Origin: Candidatus Hodarchaeota archaeon
GTDB lineage: Archaea; Asgardarchaeota; Heimdallarchaeia; Hodarchaeales; Hodarchaeaceae
DNA length: 53,279 nucleotides
Assembly (NCBI GenBank): GCA_016839785.1
Contig: JAEOTQ010000073.1
Span: forward strand, 1-53,279
Direction: 5' to 3'
Made by a program: the position numbers and the translations under genes. The first letter of the stretch is position 1. Each line of letters starts with the position of its first letter. Of this stretch, positions 9,733-19,112 are shown piece after piece. The notes below the pieces were generated by a model. It saw only the letters and a program-made list of their open reading frames with translations. It made no database searches and was not told where the DNA came from.

Positions 9733-10260
9733 TTATTTTTTATTCCGTGCTACTGGCTTAAGAATTTGGTTGATGAATGCGGTCTTACCATCAGTATATT
9801 TGTCTCGCTTAGTAGCAAATTTTTTCGCCAGTTCCATCTTTAAAACCTGATATCGAATCCTTTTTCCCTCATCTTGGAGGAGAATATCGCGAAACAAGAT
9901 ATGATTTGTCCATTCTTTTGATTCATATAGAACGAAATGTAGATGAAAAAGTCGGGGTGATCCTTTCTTAAAGAATCGGCGCTTGCCGTCTCCCGCTTCA
10001 GCAGTATAGCTATATTCTAACACTTCAAGAACATTCAGATGGGTAAAGACATCTTTCAAGTCTTTGATTCCTATCAAGATGTCAATAATTGGTTTAGCAA
10101 TGATTCCTGGAATGGCAGTGCTACCGATATGCTCAATACCCATAATTAAATCGCCAAGGGCGAGGAGAATCATCGCACTTTCGAATTGAAAGCGATAATC
10201 CCATGTTTTTTGATATTCGACCAATTGTATTATGTCATCACTAAATCCTAGTTGAGCCAT
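9733..10260 (-). CDS. GrpB (UPF0157) family nucleotidyltransferase-like protein
   Basis: IEHIGSTAIPG..AKPIIDI, HLH, FRD.L, Y..LK..LA, YTDGKTAFI; likely start ATG 10260 rather than TTG 10359. Confidence 0.9.
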   Translation of the reverse strand: MAQLGFSDDIIQLVEYQKTWDYRFQFESAMILLALGDLIMGIEHIGSTAIPGIIAKPIIDILIGIKDLKDVFTHLNVLEVLEYSYTAEAGDGKRRFFKKGSPRLFHLHFVLYESKEWTNHILFRDILLQDEGKRIRYQVLKMELAKKFATKRDKYTDGKTAFINQILKPVARNKK

Positions 10261-10463
10261 CTCAGTAGAGACTTCCAGATACCAGAAATGAATTATTCTC
10301 TGGTCCATTCCTTGAGAGAATGCGATTCCATATGTGAGGTATATATTTGTTACTCGCAATCCTAGAGAGAGGAGCTGAATCGGGGGTCAGACTGGGAGAG
10401 TCTGTTTCCCAAAGATTAAAAAAAAGAATAGGAAATATAATTTGAAAGATATAGGTGAAAAAA

Positions 10464-11117
10464 ATGTCTGGTGATTATTTTTCAAAAATTCTTGGGGAGA
10501 AGGACATCCACAAGAAAGGTACAGAACTCTTTCTAAAACTTGTCGATTCAATAGAAATCGCATATAAAGCGTACGTCAAAGCGATCTTTGCATGGAGAGA
10601 AAAAGATTACGAAAAGGGATTTGAATTAAGAGATGAAATCATTCAACTCGAAAGAGATGCCGATATCGTGAAGGATGTATTTTTCGAGAGTATTTTCAGA
10701 AAGAAGGCATATCTTCCACAGATAACAGAAGAACGACATAAGCTCATGCTTAATGCTGATATCGTCCTAGACTGTATTGAGAGGGGAGTAAGAGTTCTAT
10801 GTTTAAAGAAGATTGATGAAAGTTACTTTCCCCCAGAATTCGATGAGATTCTTGAGGAGACGGAAGATGTGATCGAGCTGTATATTGAAGCACACAGAGC
10901 TTTCTTTGACGATTACGAAAAAGCGGCAAAAAAAGCACGAAAATTAGAAAAAAAACGGGATGAAGTTCGTGATCTATACTACAAAGCTTTAGAGAAAGTA
11001 CTCAATGACGAATTTCCTCGTGGTACAAGAAGATTACTAAATGATACAACTCGTATTAGTATTCGGGCTGAAGAAGGAATTGACTATCTGAAAGTCCTTA
11101 TTGCTAGACACAGTTAA
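10464..11117 (+). CDS. DUF47/PhoU-like phosphate transport regulator
   Basis: All-helical with LERDAD and LEKKRD repeats; sits before a Pit gene; SD AGGTGA before ATG 10464. Confidence 0.85.
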   Translation: MSGDYFSKILGEKDIHKKGTELFLKLVDSIEIAYKAYVKAIFAWREKDYEKGFELRDEIIQLERDADIVKDVFFESIFRKKAYLPQITEERHKLMLNADIVLDCIERGVRVLCLKKIDESYFPPEFDEILEETEDVIELYIEAHRAFFDDYEKAAKKARKLEKKRDEVRDLYYKALEKVLNDEFPRGTRRLLNDTTRISIRAEEGIDYLKVLIARHS

Positions 11118-11132
11118 TCAAGGTGGTTTTCC

Positions 11133-12122
11133 CTGACTGATCCAGCTGTTCTTACTTTAGCGATAGGTATTGGGCTATTTGTCGCTTTTACAATCGGCGC
11201 AAATGATGAAACAATGACTCCTGCTGTCGGAGCCGGACTACTTAGTCTAAGTGCTGCAGTAATAATAGGTGGGGTGTGTAATTTAATTGGAGTATTTTTT
11301 CTAGGTGAGAGTGTAGCAAAAACGGTTGGAAATAATTTCACTTTTCCTGAATTTCCATTAACTCTTCCTATGGTATTTATCATTTTGATATCCATGTCAG
11401 TTTGGTTGTTGATTGTCAGTATGAAAGGTATCCCAATTAGTACAACACAATCAATAGTAGGAAGTGTCTTAGGAATTGCTATTCTGGAATATGGAGTTAA
11501 TTCCATCCGTATTGACACAGTCGTAGTTGTTGTTCTTAGCTGGATAGTGAGTCCAATTTTAGGGCTTCTCGGAGGATATGGATTCTATAAACTAATTCAA
11601 TCATTTCAAAACTCAAGGTTTCTTAAACGAACAGGTTACTCTGATTATGAACGTCAGGAAAAGTATGCTACATATGCCCTAGCTATTTTCTTACTTTTTA
11701 CGGTTTTCAGTCGGTCTGGGAATGATGTAGCAAAGGCAATTGGTCCACTTATGGCTTTACCAGAAATAGCAGAAGATCCATTTTTTGCACTACTAGCGGG
11801 TGGAGTAGGAATGTGTTTCGGAGTAATCATTCTAGGTCGACGTGTTGTAAAAAAATTAGCGAAAGATATAGTCGCCTTGTCGCCTACATCAGCATTAGCA
11901 GCTAGCGTTTCTGTCTCCATTATAATGTTTGTCGGGACTGTAATGGCTATGCCGTTGAGTGGGAGTCATATTCTGGTTGCAGCTTTTATTGGTGTTGGAT
12001 TCGTTAATCAAGAGCAATTAGATATGGACTCTCTAAAAGAGATAGGTTGGAGTTGGATCATAACCACTCCTGCTTCAGCGGTTTTTTCAGGTGCATTATT
12101 ACTCATCTCTAGAATAGTTTAG
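11133..12122 (+). CDS. pit: Inorganic phosphate transporter, Pit/PHO4 family
   Basis: GAND signature lies in frame upstream of the ORF-track ATG 11214; also PISTTQSIVG, GNDVAKAIG, PLSGSH, SWIITTP. Probable CTG start at 11133. Confidence 0.9.
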   Translation: MTDPAVLTLAIGIGLFVAFTIGANDETMTPAVGAGLLSLSAAVIIGGVCNLIGVFFLGESVAKTVGNNFTFPEFPLTLPMVFIILISMSVWLLIVSMKGIPISTTQSIVGSVLGIAILEYGVNSIRIDTVVVVVLSWIVSPILGLLGGYGFYKLIQSFQNSRFLKRTGYSDYERQEKYATYALAIFLLFTVFSRSGNDVAKAIGPLMALPEIAEDPFFALLAGGVGMCFGVIILGRRVVKKLAKDIVALSPTSALAASVSVSIIMFVGTVMAMPLSGSHILVAAFIGVGFVNQEQLDMDSLKEIGWSWIITTPASAVFSGALLLISRIV

Positions 12123-12171
12123 CGAGGAGAAACGAGAAGAAGTTATTTCCTGTGCCTTTATCTGAGACGAT

Positions 12172-12702
12172 CTAGACTAGTTCATCATCGGTGAGATATG
12201 CTCTATAACGGCCAGCAAGAATTACAGCACCAATGATAAAACAAACAACACAGAGAAAATAGACAATTTCCCAAGATATTAAATTCAATAGGGGATTTTC
12301 TACTGGAAGAATATAACACAATTGCAGATCTTCATAGAGAAAGGCATCAAGAAGGACATGGGAAAATGTACCAATAAACGAGCTGAGTAAACACATCTTG
12401 AGTGAATAATGCGGTAGAGTAAAAGGAGTTGGATTATCAAACTTAAAATCAATGCGCTGAATCAGTTTATGAGTAAAGAATGACCCAATTCCCACTAGAA
12501 GCCCTAAAAGAAAAGCTCCGGCTAATGAATGCATGAAACCATGAAGGGGAACTCCAGAATTAGGGAATATGAGGGAATATATTCCTTCAAGATCGTTAAT
12601 GACACTCCCTACAAATAGACCGAGAGGATCCAATGTAATCACTATTGCTTGAATCAATAGTGCTAGACCCCAGTGAAATGGTGTAAAAGGAATTGTACCC
12701 AC
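12172..12702 (-). CDS. Membrane-bound metal-dependent hydrolase-like protein (DUF4184/YdjM-like)
   Basis: PFTPFH, DLE, LHGFMHS, SHVLLD, NPL motifs; possible ATT start at 12693. Confidence 0.78.
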   Translation of the reverse strand: MGTIPFTPFHWGLALLIQAIVITLDPLGLFVGSVINDLEGIYSLIFPNSGVPLHGFMHSLAGAFLLGLLVGIGSFFTHKLIQRIDFKFDNPTPFTLPHYSLKMCLLSSFIGTFSHVLLDAFLYEDLQLCYILPVENPLLNLISWEIVYFLCVVCFIIGAVILAGRYRAYLTDDELV

Positions 12703-12862
12703 CTACTCGAAAAGGAACTCCGTTTTTTTAAAAAGCATCTGACAATTGGACTTAAGCATTTAAAAAACCTCTTAAACAAGTATACTTAAACGCCAATATA
12801 ATATTCGAAGAATTTCAGACATACCCAGATAGATAAGTCAATCTGCAATAGAAGGTCCACAT

Positions 12863-13618
12863 TTGTATACATTAGCAGTCATTTCAGACATTCACGCGAA
12901 CCTTGTGGCATACGACGCGGTAATGGATCATCTTAGAGTTAATTTTCCTGAAATTTCTGAAATTTTATGTCCTGGAGACCTTGTTGGATATGGGCCAAAA
13001 CCTCGTGAAGTCATTGAAGCCATAGTTAATGACCAACAAGTTCTAGCTATCACTAAAGGAAACCATGATCATGCTATAGGTGGGGGAGGACGTGATCTTA
13101 AGAATATCGATACTTACATTGCTAAATTTAATCCCCTAGCTCAAATAGCCATTCGATGGCAAGTATCTCTTCTTTCTGAAGAATTAAAAACATTTCTTTA
13201 TCAATTGCCTCATACTCGGACATGTCTTCATCACTCAGAAGCAAATGCTCAAATTGGGATAATTCATGGTTCTCCTAGCTTTCCTCTGGATGAATACATT
13301 CTTCCCAAAACCCCTGCACAAATGGCATTATTTCCCTTTATGCAGCTTATAGAAATTAACGTCTTACTTCTTGGCCATACTCACATTCCGTTTATTGACA
13401 AGGCAACAGCTGAGGATAAAGAATTATTGATGATTAATCCTGGTAGCGTTGGTCAACCGCGAGATAAAGATCCCCGAGCATCGTATGCGGTGATAGATCT
13501 TAAAAATATGAAAGCAGAGATTATACGGGTCGAATATGATATTGATAAGGTAAATAGCCAGATCATAAAGGCGGGATTGCCTGAATTTTTAGGCGAGAGA
13601 TTATCTAAAGGGATATAA
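12863..13618 (+). CDS. Calcineurin-like metallophosphoesterase (YfcE/MJ0936-like)
   Basis: SDIHAN, GDLVGYG, GNHD, HGSP, GHTH, NPGSVGQPRD.DPRASY. Confidence 0.92.
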   Translation: MYTLAVISDIHANLVAYDAVMDHLRVNFPEISEILCPGDLVGYGPKPREVIEAIVNDQQVLAITKGNHDHAIGGGGRDLKNIDTYIAKFNPLAQIAIRWQVSLLSEELKTFLYQLPHTRTCLHHSEANAQIGIIHGSPSFPLDEYILPKTPAQMALFPFMQLIEINVLLLGHTHIPFIDKATAEDKELLMINPGSVGQPRDKDPRASYAVIDLKNMKAEIIRVEYDIDKVNSQIIKAGLPEFLGERLSKGI

Positions 13619-13657
13619 TTAGGGTTTTCCTTTTGTCCTCTTCGCTAAACCATAAAA

Positions 13658-14191
13658 CTATATTGAAGCAATAAAGACCAAAATAATCATTTGTATTAGA
13701 AAAAACAAGAAATAAAACAAATATAGTTTTAATTTATGAGGAAACCAAGTATTTACAGGATTCTGTTGATCTGTATCCATATTGACTCCTTTAGAGTACA
13801 TTACAACTCGTTCTCCATATGTCGATCCATATAGAGATAGACCTGCCCGTAACCTCGTGAAGATTTGATAACCAATTATCGTAATGAACGTACCTGCCGC
13901 TAATCCCGAAAAATAGATCATTACTCTTGCTAGAATTTGTATTGGTCTTTCCCAAAACGAACTCCAAGTATTCAGTGGAATCCAGTCAGCTTCTATTCTT
14001 AGAAAGAATATATTGATGTAAACATATTCCTCGGTAAAGAAATGGTCAACAATGATGAATGGGGGCTGTAAAATTCCAATAAGGACTATAATTATCGTCG
14101 ATAAAACTATGAAGAGTTCTAGTACTAACACTACGGCTAAGATACTTGAATAGCCCCCTCTTTCAAGGGAAATTGATTTTAGAAAATTCAT
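13658..14191 (-). CDS. Hypothetical membrane protein (about 3 TM)
   Basis: 177-aa ORF with three long hydrophobic segments, filling an otherwise empty gap. Confidence 0.65.
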   Translation of the reverse strand: MNFLKSISLERGGYSSILAVVLVLELFIVLSTIIIVLIGILQPPFIIVDHFFTEEYVYINIFFLRIEADWIPLNTWSSFWERPIQILARVMIYFSGLAAGTFITIIGYQIFTRLRAGLSLYGSTYGERVVMYSKGVNMDTDQQNPVNTWFPHKLKLYLFYFLFFLIQMIILVFIASI

Positions 14192-14296
14192 GTAGGATTC
14201 ATAAATAATTGCGACTTTTATATATTATTAATCCCGAATATTTTAATTGCATCATAAGTAGATTTTTAAATTGCTTAGATTTGAAAATGACTTGAT

Positions 14297-14500
14297 ATGT
14301 CAGAAAATAAGGAAAATGGGACCGACAAACCTGAAAAAAGACGAGAATATACCATTCCACAGGGATTTAGTTGGTATGGAATTTCAAGTGGCCATTCACT
14401 TTCAGTAAAACAGTTGCAAAACAGAAGTATACTTAAAGACTTACTGTTTGGAATTATTACTATTTTAGGAGTTATTATTATCTTACTAATCCTTCGCTAG
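14297..14500 (+). CDS. Small tail-anchored membrane protein
   Basis: 67 aa with a charged N-terminus and a single C-terminal TM helix. Confidence 0.55.
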   Translation: MSENKENGTDKPEKRREYTIPQGFSWYGISSGHSLSVKQLQNRSILKDLLFGIITILGVIIILLILR

Positions 14501-14820
14501 GAAGAGAATTACCAAACAGCTGTTTACATGTGTTAATACTTATGAAATTCGCTTCCACTAATTTTAAGGAAATTAACTTTAGAATGTACTCATTAGATTC
14601 TCGACAAAGTGAATTCGGTTTCAAACCTTCACATGGAATCTATAGGGATTAAATCTGCAAAGAGGGCTGAATATGAAAAATAGAGTAGAACTCTTCCTGA
14701 TTTCATAATTTGATGATAATTTATCTGGAATTCCTTTAAAAAATAAAAACCTAGGAGTCTTAATATTGTCATTAGATTCGCATAGAAATAGCTTCTATTG
14801 CGACACACGGATCGATTGCA

Positions 14821-15339
14821 ATGGCAGAAGATTCTCGAAAATATAAGGTAGTTCTTGCCGGTGAGGGGGCAGTAGGAAAAACTACACTTATAAATCGATT
14901 CGTGACGGGTGGATTTTCAGCTGATTACAAAGCAACCATCGGAGTGCAAATTTTTTCTAAATTAGTTGCGCTGGACAACGATAAAGAAGTTAATCTGCAG
15001 ATATGGGATATTGCTGGGCAAACCCTTTTTCGAAATCTTCGTACAAAGTTTTTTCAAAATGCCTCAGGCGCATTACTTGTTTTTGATTTGACAGTACCCG
15101 CTACTCTGACTAATCTCCATACTTGGATATCTGATATTAAGAATATTACTAATAGTATCCCTTTTGTACTTATTGGGAACAAAACGGACCTAAAAAGCCT
15201 AAAATCAATTACTCAGGATGAGATTAACGCTTTTATCATGGAACATTTTGAGGACATCCAGGTTCATTACAATACAAGTGCCTTAACGGGAGAAAATGTA
15301 GAACAAGCCTTTCTAGATCTTGTTAAGAATATGGTTTAG
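14821..15339 (+). CDS. Rab-like small GTPase (Ras superfamily)
   Basis: G1 GEGAVGKT, G2 YKATIGV, G3 WDIAGQ, G4 NKTD, G5 TSAL; no C-terminal Cys motif. Confidence 0.95.
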   Translation: MAEDSRKYKVVLAGEGAVGKTTLINRFVTGGFSADYKATIGVQIFSKLVALDNDKEVNLQIWDIAGQTLFRNLRTKFFQNASGALLVFDLTVPATLTNLHTWISDIKNITNSIPFVLIGNKTDLKSLKSITQDEINAFIMEHFEDIQVHYNTSALTGENVEQAFLDLVKNMV

Positions 15340-15440
15340 TAAAGCTATATGATTTTCTGACTTCTTTAAGAAGAGTTTATAAGCGAAATGGACTCTTATT
15401 ATTCTGATGTCTGAATATTGAACTCTTTGGATGAGGAAGA

Positions 15441-16952
15441 ATGGTTTCTCGTCGAGATAACCTTAAACGATACATCAAATTAATTTCAAAGCAGCTACCG
15501 ATGTACTTCAATCTATATTCAGAGGAAGATCAGAAATTTTTAGAAATGTTTGTTGAACCGTTAAAATACTGTGAAGAGGCAGATTATAAAAGAAAGGAAC
15601 TTGCTCAGCGTTTTCGTAATGCTCGTAATTATTTCATTAGTCATAAAAATTATCTACAATATCCATTTTTTTGGTTCGTTGAGAGCTACTTCGAAAATGT
15701 TGAAGTTTCTCTAAGAATATCCACTTTTCATGCTGATACATTCTATGATTATTTATTACCAATCTTAAGGGGAACTGCAGGTGAGGAAGATGGAGTATTT
15801 CAACTTTTGAAAAACGCTATACCACTTTCTGACCTCAGGTGGGAAGTGTTACAATATAAAAGTTCAAAATTACACATTCCTCTCAAACCTTATGAATTAG
15901 AGATTATTAAGACAGTTTACAGGCAATTAAGATCAGAGCCATTACAGATACTCAAACCTCGTCGAATTCGTTCAATTATTTTGAATCAACATGATATTCC
16001 AAGACTTTCAAGTAGCTTACCCAAATTATTTGATTGGTTGCGAATTCGAACAACAGTATGGCCCCAATACTCTGCATTTGGGATTCAATCCTTTTACTTC
16101 TATTTCCAAATAAACCCAAAGAACACAATTAATGATATAATTAATTTTCAACTGAAAACGAATGGAATAATTACTACATCAAGCGTTTATACCATTCGTT
16201 GGGCAAATAATGAATATTTGGGAGTATTATATTTACCTGAAGGAACAGAGAAACAGATTACTCAATATTTGGGGGATATAAAATTAAAGGGGGTTTTACT
16301 CGATTTTATATTAACTCCTATTGTTGAAAATCGATGGTGTTACTCATTATCTCAATATCAAACTGAATCAGGATGGCAGGAGCTCAATAGATCATCTTGG
16401 AAAAGCAGAGTTCACTTAATGAGGCTAACAACACTTCCTCGTAGAAGAACGAAGATAGAACTAGAATATCTGACTCCACTTAAGGAACGAGAATGGAATT
16501 ATCGAGAGCTTGATGATCCGCTTGAATCGATCAATTTGATATGTAAAAAAAATATTTTTATGTATGCTGATCTCTTGACAGATATTTACTCCTCGAAAGA
16601 GTTGAAACTTCTAAAAACCTTAATAGAGAATCATTCTCTCTTTATTGACTTTTTCCCTTACCGATTAGGTGCAGAATACTCCTTGGATTTATATATGATG
16701 GAGGCGCCAAAAATTTCCTTTTACCAATTAAAGAGGCTCTTAGTCCTTCTTCCATCTGCTCGAATTGCTGATTCGTCAAATAAGAACTATATTTTTGCGT
16801 ATCTAACACCCACAATGGTGGAACAAATTAGAGAAGATTTAGAGTGGCCACTCTACTCATTATTACCTACTCATACTTCAGCCAAACGCACTCGAGATAT
16901 GTTTGATGCTGATTTACTCAAATGGTATCAACCGAATATATTGACAGATTAG
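15441..16952 (+). CDS. Hypothetical protein, possible degenerate duplicated Lrp/AsnC-like architecture
   Basis: 503-aa ORF with two internal segments PQYSAFGIQSFYFYF and FPYRLGAEYSLDLY, each after a helical stretch. Confidence 0.7.
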   Translation: MVSRRDNLKRYIKLISKQLPMYFNLYSEEDQKFLEMFVEPLKYCEEADYKRKELAQRFRNARNYFISHKNYLQYPFFWFVESYFENVEVSLRISTFHADTFYDYLLPILRGTAGEEDGVFQLLKNAIPLSDLRWEVLQYKSSKLHIPLKPYELEIIKTVYRQLRSEPLQILKPRRIRSIILNQHDIPRLSSSLPKLFDWLRIRTTVWPQYSAFGIQSFYFYFQINPKNTINDIINFQLKTNGIITTSSVYTIRWANNEYLGVLYLPEGTEKQITQYLGDIKLKGVLLDFILTPIVENRWCYSLSQYQTESGWQELNRSSWKSRVHLMRLTTLPRRRTKIELEYLTPLKEREWNYRELDDPLESINLICKKNIFMYADLLTDIYSSKELKLLKTLIENHSLFIDFFPYRLGAEYSLDLYMMEAPKISFYQLKRLLVLLPSARIADSSNKNYIFAYLTPTMVEQIREDLEWPLYSLLPTHTSAKRTRDMFDADLLKWYQPNILTD

Positions 16953-17062
16953 ATTAGAGAAGAAAAAGTTCAAATAGTTACTTCTTACGATACCTCTGAT
17001 AAGCTCAATGTTGATGTTTATCAACAACTTTTTTGTAAAACAGTTTAGGTGATTGATTTTAA

Positions 17063-18808
17063 ATGGTTAACCCTCAAAATAGTCCCAAATATCCATTGTT
17101 GCCAAAATCGTTAGAGTATCCAGAGAAACCATTGTATGATTTGTTAGATCGAGCAGTGGCATCATATCCTGACGCTACTGCGTTAACGATAGAAACTGGA
17201 AGCTTTGATAAGATTGGTACTATGACTTACAGAGAATTTAGCGACGCCACGGATAAATTTGCTGCTTACCTAGCAAGTAAAGGAATAATTCCAGGTGATC
17301 GTATTGCTGTCTTCTTACCTAATATGATCGAGTTTGTAATCGCATATTATGGTATTATGAAGGCTGGTGCTACTGTAGTTAGCTTGAATTTCCAGTATCC
17401 TGCACGTGAATTAGAATTTCAATTGAAGGAAACAGGAACAAAAGGTATTGTCTGTGCGGACATGATTACTCCTGCCGCAAGGCCCTATGAAGTAGTTAAA
17501 ACTGTTAGAGACGCAGGGAATACTCCACTAGAGTTTATTGTCGTCGCAACAATTGGTCAATATCTATCAAAGATAAAAGGTATCTTGGCTGGAGTCATTG
17601 GTAAGAAATCCAAAAAAGATAAGCGTGACATTTTCATGCATGAAATTTATGGACAGTTCAAGCCCAGTGATCGACCGAAGATAGACCCACCTAAACCTGA
17701 TGATATTGCGGTATTAATGTTTACAGGAGGAACAACAGGAGCGCCTAAAGCGGCTATGCTTACCCATAGGAACTTATATGCTAATGTATTACAAGGGGCA
17801 ACATGGTTAGACCCTCCTCCAGAAACTGGTAAAACCTCAGTCATGGGGAGTTTACCATTTTACCACTCGTTTGGTGCTACTACAGCTATGAATGTTAGTG
17901 TCCATTTCTGTGGAAATTTGATCTGTATGATGGACCCGAGAGAAAACAAGTTCTCTCAATTATTGTACCTGATTCAAAAATATAAAATTGAAATTTTCTG
18001 TTCAATTCCCAGTCTTTATGCAGCGTTGCTTAACCATCCTGACTTATCCAAGTATAATCTTTCAAGTCTAATGGTATCTGTATCTGGAGCTGCGCCTATG
18101 CCAGTTGTCACTCTTAATGAGTATGAATCAGTAACAGGTGCTAATCTGGCTGAAGGATATGGATTGACCGAAACCTCTCCAATAGCCTGTGCAAATCCAA
18201 TGATTCCCTGGGAGACAGGAGGAAAACCACTTAAAAAATCTGGTTCGGTTGGAGTTCCATTTCCAGACACAGAAGCAATGATTGTCGACCTTGATACTGG
18301 AACTACGTCATTATCCACTAATGAAGAAGGCGAAATTGCATTAGGCGGTCCTCAGATTTTCAAAGGATATTTCAAAAAGGAGCAGGCAACAAAAGAAGTA
18401 ATGCGTACAATAAATGGGAAACGAATGTTTCTTACAGGAGATATTGGAAAAATTGATGAAGACGGTTATTTATGGATAACTGACAGAAAGAAAGATATGA
18501 TTGACGTCAGCGGCTTTAAGGCCTATCCACGTGAAATTGAAGAAGTCTTAATTGCTCATCCAGCTGTTTCTATTGCAGCGGTAATCGGTGTCCCTCATCC
18601 TAAAGTTGGTGAAACCGTCAAGGCGTTTGTGGTTCTTAAACCTGGAAAGGAAGCAACCGAAGGCGAAATTATTGACTACTGCAAGGAAAATCTTGTTAAA
18701 TACAAAGTTCCTCACTATCTTGAGTTTCGCGATGAGCTTCCAATGACAAACGTTGGTAAAGTCCTCAGACGCACCTTACGGGATGAAGAAAAACAAAAAG
18801 CGAGTTAA
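17063..18808 (+). CDS. fadD: Long-chain fatty acid--CoA ligase
   Basis: FTGGTTGAPKA, EGYGLTETSP, TGD, DRKKDMIDVSG, YPREIEEVL, VGKVLRR; SD AGGTGA. Confidence 0.93.
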   Translation: MVNPQNSPKYPLLPKSLEYPEKPLYDLLDRAVASYPDATALTIETGSFDKIGTMTYREFSDATDKFAAYLASKGIIPGDRIAVFLPNMIEFVIAYYGIMKAGATVVSLNFQYPARELEFQLKETGTKGIVCADMITPAARPYEVVKTVRDAGNTPLEFIVVATIGQYLSKIKGILAGVIGKKSKKDKRDIFMHEIYGQFKPSDRPKIDPPKPDDIAVLMFTGGTTGAPKAAMLTHRNLYANVLQGATWLDPPPETGKTSVMGSLPFYHSFGATTAMNVSVHFCGNLICMMDPRENKFSQLLYLIQKYKIEIFCSIPSLYAALLNHPDLSKYNLSSLMVSVSGAAPMPVVTLNEYESVTGANLAEGYGLTETSPIACANPMIPWETGGKPLKKSGSVGVPFPDTEAMIVDLDTGTTSLSTNEEGEIALGGPQIFKGYFKKEQATKEVMRTINGKRMFLTGDIGKIDEDGYLWITDRKKDMIDVSGFKAYPREIEEVLIAHPAVSIAAVIGVPHPKVGETVKAFVVLKPGKEATEGEIIDYCKENLVKYKVPHYLEFRDELPMTNVGKVLRRTLRDEEKQKAS

Positions 18809-18835
18809 ATTCTCGCCTTATCTCTTTTTTTTACC

Positions 18836-19084
18836 TCAAAGATCAAGTTCAGATCTATCGACTTTGTCAGATAGTCCCCAAACGATAGCTTTTTTCTCTT
18901 TAGACAACTTTTTGGTTAGCATTCCCGCACTATTTAGATCTGCAATGGCCGCAGGCACACGATCTCGACACTCTGCAATTCCCAAAGTTTCAGCTTCACT
19001 AATTAACTCCTCGGTTGAAGATGGCCCCATATCATTTAGAAGTAGGAGTATTAATTGTTTTGTCTTCTCCATGCTTTTAGCCAT
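18836..19084 (-). CDS. Small winged-helix-like protein
   Basis: 82 aa, ILLLL...GP.STEEL...L...G.L..K...IVWGL pattern; 28 nt downstream of sufS. Confidence 0.7.
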   Translation of the reverse strand: MAKSMEKTKQLILLLLNDMGPSSTEELISEAETLGIAECRDRVPAAIADLNSAGMLTKKLSKEKKAIVWGLSDKVDRSELDL

Positions 19085-19112
19085 ATGATTTCACTTCCGT
19101 AATTGAAGTAAT

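Noticed and set aside
14514-14650. Palindrome AAACAGCTGTTT and a 36-aa ORF (MKFASTNF...) in the gap before the GTPase
   Set aside because: Single occurrence, no SD and no recognisable motif.
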